The notes under the pieces: generated by a model
Told to the model about the DNA's origin: nothing
Databases searched by the model: none
The model's input: the letters and a program-made list of their open reading frames with translations, nothing else
Made by a program: the position numbers and the translations under genes
Shown: positions 1 to 9,995 of the stretch, piece after piece
Numbering within the stretch: the first letter of the stretch is position 1
Layout: every line of letters begins with the position of its first letter
From: Methanococcus maripaludis
Lineage (GTDB): Archaea; AGJL01; Methanococci; Methanococcales; Methanococcaceae
Assembly: GCF_002945325.1 (NCBI RefSeq)
Contig: NZ_CP026606.1
Location: forward strand, 420,001-452,000
DNA length: 32,000 nucleotides
Reading direction: 5' to 3'

Positions 1-249
1 CGCACCATTCATTACAGGAATTTTTTCTGCAAATTTATAAAGTTTTTCAACAGGAATTCCTTTTAATAGTTTTACCCGTCTTCTTAATGATTCTTCAAAA
101 TTTATATTGCCTTTCATTGCTTCGTTAGTTATTTTTTTAATTTCCGATTCGACACCTGCAAATTTTGCAATTTCATCAATTACCTCGCAGTCCGCAAGTG
201 TACTATCTAAATCAAATAAAATAAGTTTTTTTACTAAATTATCTGTCAT
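1..249 (-). CDS. serB: Phosphoserine phosphatase (HAD superfamily), N-terminal part; the gene runs off the window start
   Basis: Partial ORF, not in the supplied track. Reverse-strand translation from the ATG at 249-247 reads MTDNLVKKLILFDLDSTLADCEVIDEIAKFAGVESEIKKITNEAMKGNINFEESLRRRVKLLKGIPVEK. It has HAD motif I (DxDST) and closely resembles the archaeal PSP N-terminus as I recall it. Confidence 0.85.
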   Translation of the reverse strand, partial: MTDNLVKKLILFDLDSTLADCEVIDEIAKFAGVESEIKKITNEAMKGNINFEESLRRRVKLLKGIPVEKLYKFAEKIPVMNGA

Positions 250-285
250 TATTCCACCAATCGGTAAAAAGAAAAGTAAAAATAA

Positions 286-1026
286 TTATTTTAAGCATCC
301 GATTCTTTCAGCAACGATTTTGTATTTTTCTAAAACATCGCCTAAGTCTTTTCTAAATACATCCTTATCTAACACATCTTTTGTTTCTTTGTCCCAAAGT
401 CTCATTGTATCGGGGCTTATTTCATCAGCTACAACGATTTGTCCATCCGCGGTTTTTCCAACCTCGATTTTGAAATCAACTAACATTATTCCTTTTTCAT
501 CAAAAAATCCTTTTAAAACGTCGTTTACTTTTAACGCGAGTTTTTTAATTTCAACCAATTCTTCTTCTGTTGCAAGCCCAAGTTCAATTGCAATTTCATT
601 ATTTAACATTGGGTCCCCATAGTCGTCATTTTTGTAATCGTACTGTGTAACTGCCGTTTTTAATACCTGTCCTTGTTCGAATGGGTATTTTTTGCAGAGG
701 CTTCCTGCAGCAATGTTTCTTACAATTACTTCTAAAGGAATTATTTTAACATTTTTTGCAATCATTATGTTTGGTTCGATGTATTCTATCAAATGTGTTG
801 GAACGTTATTTTTTTCAAGCACGTTGAAAAGTTCTGTTGAAATTAACGTGTTTAAATATCCTTTTCCAGATTTTACGTCGTGTTTTGCACCGTTTCCAGC
901 AGTTATATCGTCCCTAAATTCCACCAGAACTTCTTTTTCATTTTCTTCAATTTTGTAAATTGATTTTGCCTTTCCAGCATAAATTGGTTCATTTGCGAGT
1001 ATTTTTGAAATATCATATTTTGACAT
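286..1026 (-). CDS. purC: Phosphoribosylaminoimidazole-succinocarboxamide (SAICAR) synthase
   Basis: 246-aa ORF with typical PurC blocks (GKAKSIY, EFRDDITAGNG, LEVIVRN.AAGS, LVDFK.E.G, ADEISPDT.RLWD). Confidence 0.95.
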   Translation of the reverse strand: MSKYDISKILANEPIYAGKAKSIYKIEENEKEVLVEFRDDITAGNGAKHDVKSGKGYLNTLISTELFNVLEKNNVPTHLIEYIEPNIMIAKNVKIIPLEVIVRNIAAGSLCKKYPFEQGQVLKTAVTQYDYKNDDYGDPMLNNEIAIELGLATEEELVEIKKLALKVNDVLKGFFDEKGIMLVDFKIEVGKTADGQIVVADEISPDTMRLWDKETKDVLDKDVFRKDLGDVLEKYKIVAERIGCLK

Positions 1027-1124
1027 GATTTCACCAGATCTTCAAATTATAATATAATAACAATTATTGTTATAAATTAGATAGTAAAAATAAAAAAATC
1101 GAGAAGTAATGTGTTATATTTAAG

Positions 1125-2117
1125 TTATACTCTTTTTGCAACTTCCTGACCCATTTCACTTGTTGAAAGAGTACCGCCTAAATCAGGTGTTGTTAAACCA
1201 AGGCTTAAAACTTCTTCAAGAGCTTTTTCGACTTTTTCAGCAGCTTCATTTTCTTTTAAATATCTTAACATCATTACTGCGGTTAATATTGTTGCAGTTG
1301 GATTTGCAAGTCCTTTTCCAGCGATATCTGGAGCTGAACCGTGGATTGGTTCAAAAAGACCGTATTTGTCACCAACATTTCCAGATGGTGCCATTCCAAG
1401 TCCGCCAACCATTCCAACAGCCCCGTCTGACAAAATGTCTCCAAATAAATTCGATGTAACAACTATGTCAAATGTTTCAGGTCTTGAAATTATAAACATG
1501 TTCATTGCATCGACATAAAAGTCTTCAGTTTGTATATCTTTGTAATCATTTGAAACTTCGTAGAATGTTTTCTTAAATAACCCATCAGTTATTTTTAAAA
1601 CGTTTGCTTTGTGTGCACATGTGACTTTTCCGGCAGTTCCTTGTTTTTTCCTGTCTTTTGCCATTTCAAATGCGTGTTTGAATATTCTTTCAGATGCATC
1701 TTTGGTAATAACCCTTGTTGCAACGGTAACTCCGTCTGCAATTTCAGCTTCAATGCCTTTATAGAGGCCTTCTGTGTTTTCCCTTACTATTATGTAGTCG
1801 ATACCTGTTTTTAGGCAGTTTATTCCATTGTATGATTTTACTGGCCGTATATTTGCATAAGTATCCAATATTTTTCTCAATTTTACAATAACATCAGCGG
1901 CAGTCTCTCCAGCAGCACCGAATAATATTGCATCAGCAGCTTTTGCAGCAACAATTGTTTCTTCTGGAAGTGCTACTCCTGTTTTTTCAAATACCTCGTC
2001 CCCTGCCAAGGCATGATTAAATTCAAATTCGACACCTGTAGCTTTTAAAACTTCTACGGCAGCAGGAACCACTTCTTTTCCAATCCCATCGCCTTCGATT
2101 ACGCAAATCTTATGCAT
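1125..2117 (-). CDS. Isopropylmalate / homoisocitrate dehydrogenase family protein (LeuB or AksF type)
   Basis: Beta-decarboxylating dehydrogenase hallmarks (IEGDGIGKEV, NLFGDILSD, GSAPDIAGKG.ANP). The track ORF starts at a TTG (2141). I prefer the ATG at 2117, which is preceded by AGGTGAT about 6 nt upstream (reverse complement of 2124-2130). LeuB and AksF cannot be told apart by eye. Confidence 0.9.
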   Translation of the reverse strand: MHKICVIEGDGIGKEVVPAAVEVLKATGVEFEFNHALAGDEVFEKTGVALPEETIVAAKAADAILFGAAGETAADVIVKLRKILDTYANIRPVKSYNGINCLKTGIDYIIVRENTEGLYKGIEAEIADGVTVATRVITKDASERIFKHAFEMAKDRKKQGTAGKVTCAHKANVLKITDGLFKKTFYEVSNDYKDIQTEDFYVDAMNMFIISRPETFDIVVTSNLFGDILSDGAVGMVGGLGMAPSGNVGDKYGLFEPIHGSAPDIAGKGLANPTATILTAVMMLRYLKENEAAEKVEKALEEVLSLGLTTPDLGGTLSTSEMGQEVAKRV

Positions 2118-2297
2118 TGTAAAATCACCTTTAAGGGCCAAACCCAGTTTTTACGTTGACTTTTGGAATTATATTGATTATCGATATATTAAAATCTAAC
2201 GCCGGTACCAACTTTGGGCTTGAAAATAAAAATAATATGAATATTAAAAAATAATAAAAATAACGAATAATCAAACAAGTATTTACGAAAAATAGCA

Positions 2298-2588
2298 TTA
2301 TTTACGGTTATTTCGAATATATTCTTTTAGATCTTCTTCTGTTTTAATATTGGGCGATTTTTTGTAGTAATATATCCTAAATTTATCGATATCCCCAATT
2401 AAATCTAAATTATATTTGTTTTTCAAAGTATCAAGCATTTTAGTCGTGCATTTTTGATTTTTTAACTTAATGCTCGCATATATAAGTCCGAGAAGATTTT
2501 TGAATTCATCATCTGAACTACGGCCTGTAACTATTATATGCTTGATATTTTTCTGGATTTTTGAATATTCTTTATCAGAATACGGCAA
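2298..2588 (-). CDS. Hypothetical small basic protein (96 aa)
   Basis: ORF only, with a TTG start and no recognisable motif. It sits in an otherwise empty 700-nt gap. Confidence 0.35.
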   Translation of the reverse strand: MPYSDKEYSKIQKNIKHIIVTGRSSDDEFKNLLGLIYASIKLKNQKCTTKMLDTLKNKYNLDLIGDIDKFRIYYYKKSPNIKTEEDLKEYIRNNRK

Positions 2589-2842
2589 GATATCCCATTT
2601 AAAACGGATTATGGTAAATACAAAATATAATGATATTCAAGTTTGAAATTCAATGTATATATAATAAATACAAATGAATCCGACCAAAACATAAATATTA
2701 TCAAAATAAAAAAAATCGAGTCTTATAATGAACTAAATATGCTTAAACAAGTTTATATTTGCTATTTAACTTTTTAAACCAGAATTTAACCTAAATTTAT
2801 TAAAAAATCGGAAAATAAGGGTTAATTAAATAAAAAATTAAG

Positions 2843-3454
2843 CTAATCTTTTTCTTTTACAAAAATCAGCGGAAATATAATATCGCTTGTACAACAAGGA
2901 ATCCAGACTGCAATGAACAGGAATACAAATATTTCAAAGTACATTAAAAAATTCAATCCTGTCCCAAGAGCCATTATTATGTGAAAAAGCGATGCTGCAG
3001 TACTTAAAAATACGTGTCCCGAATGAGGTATTTTTGTAAATGGTTTAAAATATGCTAAAACTATTCCAAAGATCGCTAACAAATTTACAAGCCAAAATTC
3101 TTCAATAAATCCAATATGGGCTCCACGATTTGGCAAATCTAAAATAATTTCCCCGATATATGGGATCAAAGAGTCACTAATCGTTGCAATAAATAAAGAG
3201 CCAACATATCCTATTAAAAATAATGTAAGAAAACCTTTGTAACCATTGATACTGCTTTTCTTGTGCAAAAGATACATCGAAGTTGTAGTAAATGCACTTA
3301 AAAATACATGTATAGGGTGAAGTGTATAAAATATAGAATAAGATTCACTAAACGAAATTCCATTAAAAATAATCAATAATACCATACCAAAAATGGCCCC
3401 GAGTGCCGTAAATGGCATATGTTCCCCAAGTTCTTTAATAATAAGATTAAACAT
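2843..3454 (-). CDS. Integral membrane protein (about 6 TM), His-containing motifs, function unknown
   Basis: 203-aa ORF with strongly hydrophobic segments throughout and repeated HxxH/HPIH-like motifs. No family assigned with confidence. Confidence 0.7.
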   Translation of the reverse strand: MFNLIIKELGEHMPFTALGAIFGMVLLIIFNGISFSESYSIFYTLHPIHVFLSAFTTTSMYLLHKKSSINGYKGFLTLFLIGYVGSLFIATISDSLIPYIGEIILDLPNRGAHIGFIEEFWLVNLLAIFGIVLAYFKPFTKIPHSGHVFLSTAASLFHIIMALGTGLNFLMYFEIFVFLFIAVWIPCCTSDIIFPLIFVKEKD

Positions 3455-3541
3455 GAAAAAACCCCATTTTCAGTAAATTTGCTAATTTAAAGTTTCTGAA
3501 ATAATAGTATTATAAAAATAATATATAAAACAACTGACAGG

Positions 3542-4618
3542 ATGATTATGAACGATTTTGACAACAACTTTATTAAATTTTTAGATATCCTGGACGAAAA
3601 ATTAAAAAAAGATGCCGTAGTTGACAAAATATCTAAAAATTCAAATGAAAATGAGCGGGCATTTAAAATACTGATTTCTACAGTGATAAGCGCGCGCACA
3701 AAAGACGAAACTACCGCAAAAGTCTCAAAAGAATTGTTTAAAAAAGTAAAAAACCCAAAAGACCTTGTTAAAATCTCTATTGACGAACTTGAGACGTTAG
3801 TGCACCCTGCAGGATTTTACAAAACAAAGGCTAAAAATCTGAAAAAATTAGGAGAAATTTTAATTGAAAAATATAATTCAAATGTTCCAAATTCGATTGA
3901 AGAGCTGGTAACACTTCCGGGAGTCGGTAGAAAAACTGCAAATCTAGTAATGACTCTTGCATTTGACGATTATGCAATCTGTGTTGACACTCACGTTCAT
4001 AGGATTACAAATCGATGGAATTATGTAGATACTGAGTCCCCAGAAAACACAGAAATGGAACTTAGAAAAAAACTTCCTAAAAACTACTGGAAAAAAATAA
4101 ACAATTTACTCGTAGTATTTGGGCAGGAAACATGCAGTCCGATTCCAAAATGCGACAAATGCTTTTCTGAAATTAGAAAAATCTGCCCCCATTACAATTC
4201 ATTAAATGAAATCGAAAAAATTTACGCGGATTTTAAATTTAAAAAGACCCCGAAAACTAAAATCCCGAAGGATAAAGGTACTTATGTCTTGAGAATAAAA
4301 ATGAACTCTCCAAAAACCATTCTCGTTGGAAAAAGGGAAATTAAATTTAAAAAAGGAGATTATTTCTACATCGGTTCTGCAATGGGGAATAGTATGAACC
4401 TTTATAATAGAATAAGCCGGCATTTATCGGACAACAAGAAAAAAAGATGGCATATTGATTATTTACTTGAATTTTCAAATGTAAAAGAAGTAAACGTAAC
4501 ACTTGGACGTTTTGAATGCGATGTTTCACAGCGGTTTAATTTAGTTTTAGATTCGATAGAGTCTTTCGGATGTTCGGATTGCAAGTGTAAAAGTCATTTA
4601 TACTACATTAAACCCTGA
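3542..4618 (+). CDS. nth: Endonuclease III (HhH-GPD DNA glycosylase/lyase) fused to a C-terminal DUF123 (GIY-YIG-like) domain
   Basis: The N-terminal ~215 aa carry the HhH motif [12 protein letters not shown] (catalytic Lys), [10 protein letters not shown] (catalytic Asp region) and a four-Cys cluster [18 protein letters not shown]. The C-terminal ~130 aa carry GTYVL, YIGSA, RHL, WHIDYL and GCSDCKC.SHLYY, which match the DUF123 pattern as I recall it. Confidence 0.9.
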   Translation: MIMNDFDNNFIKFLDILDEKLKKDAVVDKISKNSNENERAFKILISTVISARTKDETTAKVSKELFKKVKNPKDLVKISIDELETLVHPAGFYKTKAKNLKKLGEILIEKYNSNVPNSIEELVTLPGVGRKTANLVMTLAFDDYAICVDTHVHRITNRWNYVDTESPENTEMELRKKLPKNYWKKINNLLVVFGQETCSPIPKCDKCFSEIRKICPHYNSLNEIEKIYADFKFKKTPKTKIPKDKGTYVLRIKMNSPKTILVGKREIKFKKGDYFYIGSAMGNSMNLYNRISRHLSDNKKKRWHIDYLLEFSNVKEVNVTLGRFECDVSQRFNLVLDSIESFGCSDCKCKSHLYYIKP

Positions 4619-4642
4619 TTAAAGGTAAATAGAGGAAAAAAC

Positions 4643-5056
4643 ATGAAAACAAAATATGTAGTTATAATCCAGTGCGATATGGCTAAAAACCGGTGCAGTG
4701 GAATGAGATGCACGAATGCTTTTTATGAAAAAACTGATGCATTTAAAAATTACGATAATGATACGAAATATATTTCGTTTACCTGTGGTGGCTGTTCTGG
4801 TAAATTGGTAAGTTCTAAACTTGCAAATTTTTCAAATTGGCTTAAAAAATATGAGGATATTGAAAAAGATGAAGTTAAAATACATCTTTCATCCTGTATG
4901 TCCACAGATAACTCCCATTACGACAGGTGCCCGAATATTGACTATATAAAACAGATAATAAACAAAAAGGGGTACAAAAATATACTGGAAGGCAGTATTT
5001 TTAGTAAAAAATCTGAAAAACTGCGAGAAGAAGGAATTTATAAAAAATACCAATAA
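4643..5056 (+). CDS. CGGC-domain protein
   Basis: 137-aa ORF with the Cys pattern C..C..C, the eponymous TCGGCSGK motif and a later SSC...RCP. Confidence 0.75.
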   Translation: MKTKYVVIIQCDMAKNRCSGMRCTNAFYEKTDAFKNYDNDTKYISFTCGGCSGKLVSSKLANFSNWLKKYEDIEKDEVKIHLSSCMSTDNSHYDRCPNIDYIKQIINKKGYKNILEGSIFSKKSEKLREEGIYKKYQ

Positions 5057-5062
5057 TTAAAT

Positions 5063-5069
5063 TTTTTTA
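5063..5069 (+). terminator. Oligo-T (T7) archaeal-type terminator candidate after the CGGC gene
   Basis: A run of 7 T lies 7 nt after the stop codon. Archaeal termination at oligo-T is established, but use of this instance is untested. Confidence 0.3.
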
Positions 5070-5206
5070 TTCCGCGAAATTTTAGATTAACGAGACATAC
5101 TTGGGTTAAATAATAAAATTCAACCTTTTTTAAAAAAATCTATCAAATAGGGCCTATTTTTTTAAAAAGATAAAAATATAAATCTTTTGAAAACATATAT
5201 AATATT

Positions 5207-5845
5207 ATGTTTGGATATCGGCCATTAATCCCGGAAAAATTTCAAATTGAAAATCAGGAAATTGAAATTGAAGAAAAAGATGGATTATTAAAATACACTA
5301 GAGGAAACACCTCAAAACTAATAAAAAAATCGTCTTATTCTTTAAAAATTGTCCCACGTCCTGCATTTGGTTATGGGGTCCATTATTTAACAATTAATTT
5401 TAAAGAACCAGTTATAGTCCCCCCAAAAGACACATTTAGGGGGTACGTGGAATCCCCTTGTGATATCGAACTAAAATTAGGAGATATGGAGTTAGATGTA
5501 ATCAAACTTGGAAAAGAGAAATATACAATTTATGGAACTGTCGATATAGGCGATATTTCAAGATACCATTTAAGCGAAGTATATACTAAAGAACCTGATT
5601 CACCTTGTGTTACCAAATTCATTCTTAGCAATGGTTCAAATTACTGGAAAACATTTGAAAAATTGGTTTTTCCAATCTGGGAAACCATAATGTACTATTC
5701 AGAAGATAAAGCATATTACCCGACAATTATTAATATTACAAAAAACGGAACCGTAGAATTATTAAATACTGCAAAAACGCCTAAAAATGGGCTAATCGGA
5801 ACTAAAAATGTAACCCCTGTATCAAATTTCCTGAGGAGAATATAA
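5207..5845 (+). CDS. Conserved-looking hypothetical protein (212 aa), soluble
   Basis: Clean ORF with an ATG start. Its TAA stop is immediately followed by the ATG of the MscS gene at 5846, which implies co-transcription. Possibly an archaeal DUF family, but I cannot name it reliably. Confidence 0.65.
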   Translation: MFGYRPLIPEKFQIENQEIEIEEKDGLLKYTRGNTSKLIKKSSYSLKIVPRPAFGYGVHYLTINFKEPVIVPPKDTFRGYVESPCDIELKLGDMELDVIKLGKEKYTIYGTVDIGDISRYHLSEVYTKEPDSPCVTKFILSNGSNYWKTFEKLVFPIWETIMYYSEDKAYYPTIINITKNGTVELLNTAKTPKNGLIGTKNVTPVSNFLRRI

Positions 5846-6928
5846 ATGATACCAGAACTGCTCGAATATTTACAGAACAGCTTTTTTTATGGTTTATCTT
5901 ATTATTCAGGATTAAAATTAATTTTAGTAGTAGTTATCGGATTATTCGTTTCATATTTTATTGAAAAACGGGTTAAAAAAATATCTGAAACTACAAAACA
6001 GACGTGGATATTAAACGAGGAAACTGCAGGGTTAATTTCAACATTTGTACTTGCAATATTTGTAGTTCTTGCATTAAATGTTATAGAAAGTTTTGTAACA
6101 TACCAACTATTTGGTTTTGACTTAAAAATTTTGACTTATTCACTGCTGATCATTTATTTCACATATCGAATTTCTAACCGTTCTAAGAGGTACCTGTTAT
6201 TAAAAGGATCACAGGAAGGGAAATTTGCAGAATATAGGTTAAAAGCAACCGTATTTCATTATTCAGCGATGATTATCGCGTTTGGAATAGTTTTTCAGAT
6301 GCTTGGACTTACTAGCAAGCTTGGAACGCTTCTTGTTGCAGGAGGAATTACGGGTATAATCTTAGGTTTTGCATCCCAAACCGTTGTTGCAAACTTTATA
6401 TCAGGAATATTCCTTTATTTTGATAAACCGCTAAAAATTGGAGATTCCGTACAAATTGGAACGAATTCGGGAATTGTAAATGATATTAAAATGATGTCAA
6501 CAAGGATTAGAACATGGGATGGAGTATTGGTCAGAATACCTAATGAAAAAGTCTTTAATTCCGAGATTGTGAACAACAAAAAATATCCTGCAAGACGTGT
6601 TGATATTGTAGTTGGAATTGCCTATAAAGAGGATGCACAGCGCGCAATGGACATTATATCAAAGATACTTGAAAATATGACTTATGTATTGGTTGAACCG
6701 GAGTTTCAGATTTTTGTAAATGATCTTGGAAACAGCAGTGTCGATATATCAGTAAAAGCTTGGACTCCGAGCGAAAAATGGTACGAAGTAAAAATGGAAC
6801 TTGTAAAAAACATTAAAAAAGAATTCGATAAGGAAAAAGTAGAAATTCCATTCCCTCAAAGGACAGTCTGGTTCCCCCAGGATCTTAAAATTAAAATTGA
6901 AAAAGAAACCGGGGAAAAAAGTGAATAA
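5846..6928 (+). CDS. Small-conductance mechanosensitive channel (MscS family)
   Basis: N-terminal TM helices are followed by the MscS pore/beta-domain signature GGITGIILGFASQ....NFISGIFLYFDKP.KIGD.V......G.V.DI....T.IRT.DG..V.IPN. Confidence 0.9.
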   Translation: MIPELLEYLQNSFFYGLSYYSGLKLILVVVIGLFVSYFIEKRVKKISETTKQTWILNEETAGLISTFVLAIFVVLALNVIESFVTYQLFGFDLKILTYSLLIIYFTYRISNRSKRYLLLKGSQEGKFAEYRLKATVFHYSAMIIAFGIVFQMLGLTSKLGTLLVAGGITGIILGFASQTVVANFISGIFLYFDKPLKIGDSVQIGTNSGIVNDIKMMSTRIRTWDGVLVRIPNEKVFNSEIVNNKKYPARRVDIVVGIAYKEDAQRAMDIISKILENMTYVLVEPEFQIFVNDLGNSSVDISVKAWTPSEKWYEVKMELVKNIKKEFDKEKVEIPFPQRTVWFPQDLKIKIEKETGEKSE

Positions 6929-6932
6929 ATTA

Positions 6933-7163
6933 TTAAAAATCTTTTGAATATTCTTTTAATGACTTATTTATTGACCAAATTAATCCCCATGCAGTAATTA
7001 TTGATAGAATTACCATCAATATTACAAAAATGGCTGCAATATCATTAATCCCGTAAGAAATGTAGTTAGTCAGAAATGAAAGTAGTTCTGGATTTAAACC
7101 GACAGAGTAAGCGAGTACTATCCAAAGAATTAGTAAAAGAATGATATTTATTTCTTTTTTCAT
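6933..7163 (-). CDS. Small membrane protein (76 aa, 2 TM)
   Basis: Two clear hydrophobic helices. It starts 5 nt downstream of the preceding same-strand gene. Confidence 0.55.
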   Translation of the reverse strand: MKKEINIILLLILWIVLAYSVGLNPELLSFLTNYISYGINDIAAIFVILMVILSIITAWGLIWSINKSLKEYSKDF

Positions 7164-7168
7164 AGTTC

Positions 7169-7747
7169 CTACTCTTCTTCAGATTCTTTATTTTCCGTTT
7201 TTTCAAACTTTTTTGTAATTTCTGCGGCTTTTCTTTCAATATCTTCTGAAAAAATATTTCCTACACGAATTACTACAAATATTGCCCAGATTATAAGTAG
7301 TACTAAAACGATTCCTGCAAGTGCTGCAAATATCCCTGCAAGAAGCGGCAGGAAAAACATGTATGCAATTATTGCAAGTAATACGTATCCTAATCCCCTG
7401 AATCCAGATCGGTAGTGCTGCAATTTTTCTTCATTTAAGTCGTCTTTCATGAATTTAACCGCAACCATATCCGAAATGCCGTCTGTTAGCATCAATATGT
7501 TTTTAAGAATCTTTAAAAGAATTATTACAAGTGCAATTATAACTACTCCAGAAATTATGGCTTTCATCCCAATTAAACCGAATATAAACGGATTTCCTAA
7601 GAAATCACCAAGTGGTTGGAATACTAAAATTGCAAGGAGCCATATTACAAAAGCAACTGCCAAGTTTACAATTATTTTTGGAAAACTTTCATGAATTTTT
7701 CTTTGAGAATCTGCATAGATTCTATCTTTCTCCCACATACTTTTCAC
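7169..7747 (-). CDS. Membrane protein (192 aa, about 4 TM) with an acidic C-terminal tail
   Basis: Hydrophobic segments are separated by short loops, and the C-terminus is KKFEKTENKESEEE. No family recognised. Confidence 0.65.
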   Translation of the reverse strand: MKSMWEKDRIYADSQRKIHESFPKIIVNLAVAFVIWLLAILVFQPLGDFLGNPFIFGLIGMKAIISGVVIIALVIILLKILKNILMLTDGISDMVAVKFMKDDLNEEKLQHYRSGFRGLGYVLLAIIAYMFFLPLLAGIFAALAGIVLVLLIIWAIFVVIRVGNIFSEDIERKAAEITKKFEKTENKESEEE

Positions 7748-7858
7748 CCCATTTATAAATTATATCATAATGGGTATAAAAAAGTAAATTTAGCTAAATC
7801 ATCGTGATTTAAAGGAAAAAAGAGAATTTTTTGAAGATTAACTTAAAAATAACTCAAA

Positions 7859-9328
7859 TTAACCCCATATTGCAATTTTTACCAGGACTATAAATGCTGC
7901 AAGAAGATCTAATACCAAAAGTGCCCCAAAAAGTATTAATCCAATTTTTAATGGTTTTTCAAGACCTGAAAAACTATCAATAAGTCCTCGAATGGGCTCA
8001 ATTGTAGTTTTTACTTCTGAAATTGTTAATTTCGTTTCATCAAGCGTGTCATTTAGTGAATCGAGAAGTTTATCTATTCTGGGCTGTTCTTCTTCTTTTA
8101 CGCCTTTTAATATTTCATAAACTTCATCCAGAGTTTTTGGAATTACTCCGGGTTCATTTTCTGTTTTTATATTATTTAATTCAACAATTCTATCCAACCT
8201 ATACATTTCTCGCTCAAAATAATCTTTTTGTGATTTTAAGAGATTTTTGGCTCTTTGAATTGTTTCTTCTTTTGATCTTGTGCAAGATTTTACCCTTGAA
8301 ACGTCTGAATTTGTTTTAAATGAGTTTGAATCAATTGAAAATTTCTTTCCAAGATTTACAACGTTTTCGTAAGTTGAAGCTGAAATAACTTTTGGAACAT
8401 TTTGTGTTGCCACATTAGTTTTTGAAGTCTTTTGAACGTTAATATTTTCTAATAGCTCAGTTTTTTCAATAGCTTTTTCATTTAAGTTGATTGAATCTTC
8501 TTTTTGAACATCTGTTTTTAAAATTACATCAGGCGGATTTACAACCTCAATGTCTATTTCAAAGTTTGGTTTTAACCGTTCCTCAAATTTTTGAATCTGT
8601 AATTCTTTTTTTCCAAAACGTTCTGAAAAGTATTCTTTATCACTTTTTAGCTTTTCTATTTTGTAATTATACCAGGGAAGTTTTAACTTAAGTTCTTCTT
8701 CTTTTTTATTTACTACAAACAATTTTTTTACTTCTTCAAGTAATTCTTCAGTTTTTAAAAGATTTTCGTCAACAGAATCCATTATATTTTCGATTTTGGG
8801 CTGTTCTAATGTGTTAAATCGTTCTATGCTTTCATTTATGTTGTATATACTTTCAGAAATAATTCCTGGTTCAGTATATAATATTTCATAAATTTCTTTT
8901 TTCAGCCGATATCTTCGCAATACAAGATCCATTATTTCATGAATTCGGTCAAAATTAAAGAAATCAGAAAAATTAGAACCAAAATTGTAGTCTGAAGAAT
9001 CAACGCCTAAATTTTGCATTTTTTCTTCTATTTCTGAAAGTTCTGCCTGAAGTTCTTCGAGCCGTTCTTTTTCTTCATCCCATAAATCGTCAGTTTCTCT
9101 TGGAATCAGTCTTTTTATTACAATTAACTTTTCTGTTTCGTGAAGCAGTGATTCTAACTGTTCACCAACTTCCTGAACAGTAATCCCGATTGATGCAAGT
9201 GCTATTGCAGCTTCTGCAGCGGCTTCCTCCGCAGTACTTGCCGCATTCCCAATCTTTTTACCAAGGCCATATAATCCAACGGTTGCAATATTTAATGACG
9301 TATCCTTTATTTTACTCCATAACCCCAT
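7859..9328 (-). CDS. Large coiled-coil protein with a C-terminal transmembrane anchor (489 aa)
   Basis: Long E/K/L-rich heptad-like stretches and a C-terminal TM (LKIGLILFGALLVLDLLAAFIVLVKIAIWG). No catalytic motif seen. Confidence 0.7.
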   Translation of the reverse strand: MGLWSKIKDTSLNIATVGLYGLGKKIGNAASTAEEAAAEAAIALASIGITVQEVGEQLESLLHETEKLIVIKRLIPRETDDLWDEEKERLEELQAELSEIEEKMQNLGVDSSDYNFGSNFSDFFNFDRIHEIMDLVLRRYRLKKEIYEILYTEPGIISESIYNINESIERFNTLEQPKIENIMDSVDENLLKTEELLEEVKKLFVVNKKEEELKLKLPWYNYKIEKLKSDKEYFSERFGKKELQIQKFEERLKPNFEIDIEVVNPPDVILKTDVQKEDSINLNEKAIEKTELLENINVQKTSKTNVATQNVPKVISASTYENVVNLGKKFSIDSNSFKTNSDVSRVKSCTRSKEETIQRAKNLLKSQKDYFEREMYRLDRIVELNNIKTENEPGVIPKTLDEVYEILKGVKEEEQPRIDKLLDSLNDTLDETKLTISEVKTTIEPIRGLIDSFSGLEKPLKIGLILFGALLVLDLLAAFIVLVKIAIWG

Positions 9329-9485
9329 TTAAACCACCAAAACAGATTAAATCAAATATAACATTAAATGTCTAAAATAATTAATTGGTATATAAACAAC
9401 AAATATATTTATAAAAAAGAATATAAAAAGTTATACTGATTTAAAAAACGATAGAATATTAAAATTTGAAAAATTAATGATTAAA

Positions 9486-9995
9486 TTAGTCTTCAATAAT
9501 GTCTTCAACTTTATTTACAAAATCAATTGATTTTTTCTGAAGTTCTAAAACTTTTGACTCATTAAACATCGCATCAGTCGAATAACTCGCTTTTTGACGT
9601 TCTGATTTTAAATCTGTGTAAAATGTTGCATCTTTTTTAGTTATTGCAAGGTCATCGATCAACTGCAGTTCTTCATCTCTGAATTCGTTTGTATAATTTT
9701 TTATCAGAAAAATCATTGTGGCATTGTGACTTCTTGAAATAAAACCTTTTTTAGCGACAAGTGCCAGTGCTGCATGGTAAACTGCATAATAAAGCCCAAC
9801 AATACTCCAATCCTGAAAATTGCCACTTTTAATATTTTGATTTACAAATGCAAGATTATGTTTTGCTTTATCAAGATGTGCGTACACTAAAGACTTTGCA
9901 TGGCGTTCTTTTTCGAGATTTTTCTTGTAGGTGTGAAAATCATAAGCACCTTCAAGTTTTTCCTTATTTTTAAAATATTCTTCAACGTTTAACAT
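9486..9995 (-). CDS. HEPN-domain protein (putative toxin partner of the upstream nucleotidyltransferase)
   Basis: 169 aa with a HEPN-like helical pattern (AKHNLAF...GLYYAVYHAALALVAKKG...SHNATM). It overlaps the upstream MNT gene by 14 nt. Confidence 0.8.
   Translation of the reverse strand: MLNVEEYFKNKEKLEGAYDFHTYKKNLEKERHAKSLVYAHLDKAKHNLAFVNQNIKSGNFQDWSIVGLYYAVYHAALALVAKKGFISRSHNATMIFLIKNYTNEFRDEELQLIDDLAITKKDATFYTDLKSERQKASYSTDAMFNESKVLELQKKSIDFVNKVEDIIED

Noticed and set aside
107-1814. Track ORFs on the + strand (107-622, 692-958, 1136-1459, 1611-1814) overlapping purC and the dehydrogenase gene
   Set aside because: They lie antisense to genes with unmistakable enzyme motifs. Their products are low-complexity S/F/L/I-rich, as expected for shadow ORFs in AT-rich DNA.
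3487-3699. Short minus-strand ORFs overlapping real genes (3487-3699, 4202-4423, 4347-4529, 10553-10756, 11532-12032, 12109-12312, 17151-17516, 19947-20384, 29240-29422, 29736-29918, 31031-31279 and similar)
   Set aside because: Each is nested antisense or out of frame within a longer ORF that has clear family motifs or better context. None has a start-site signal.
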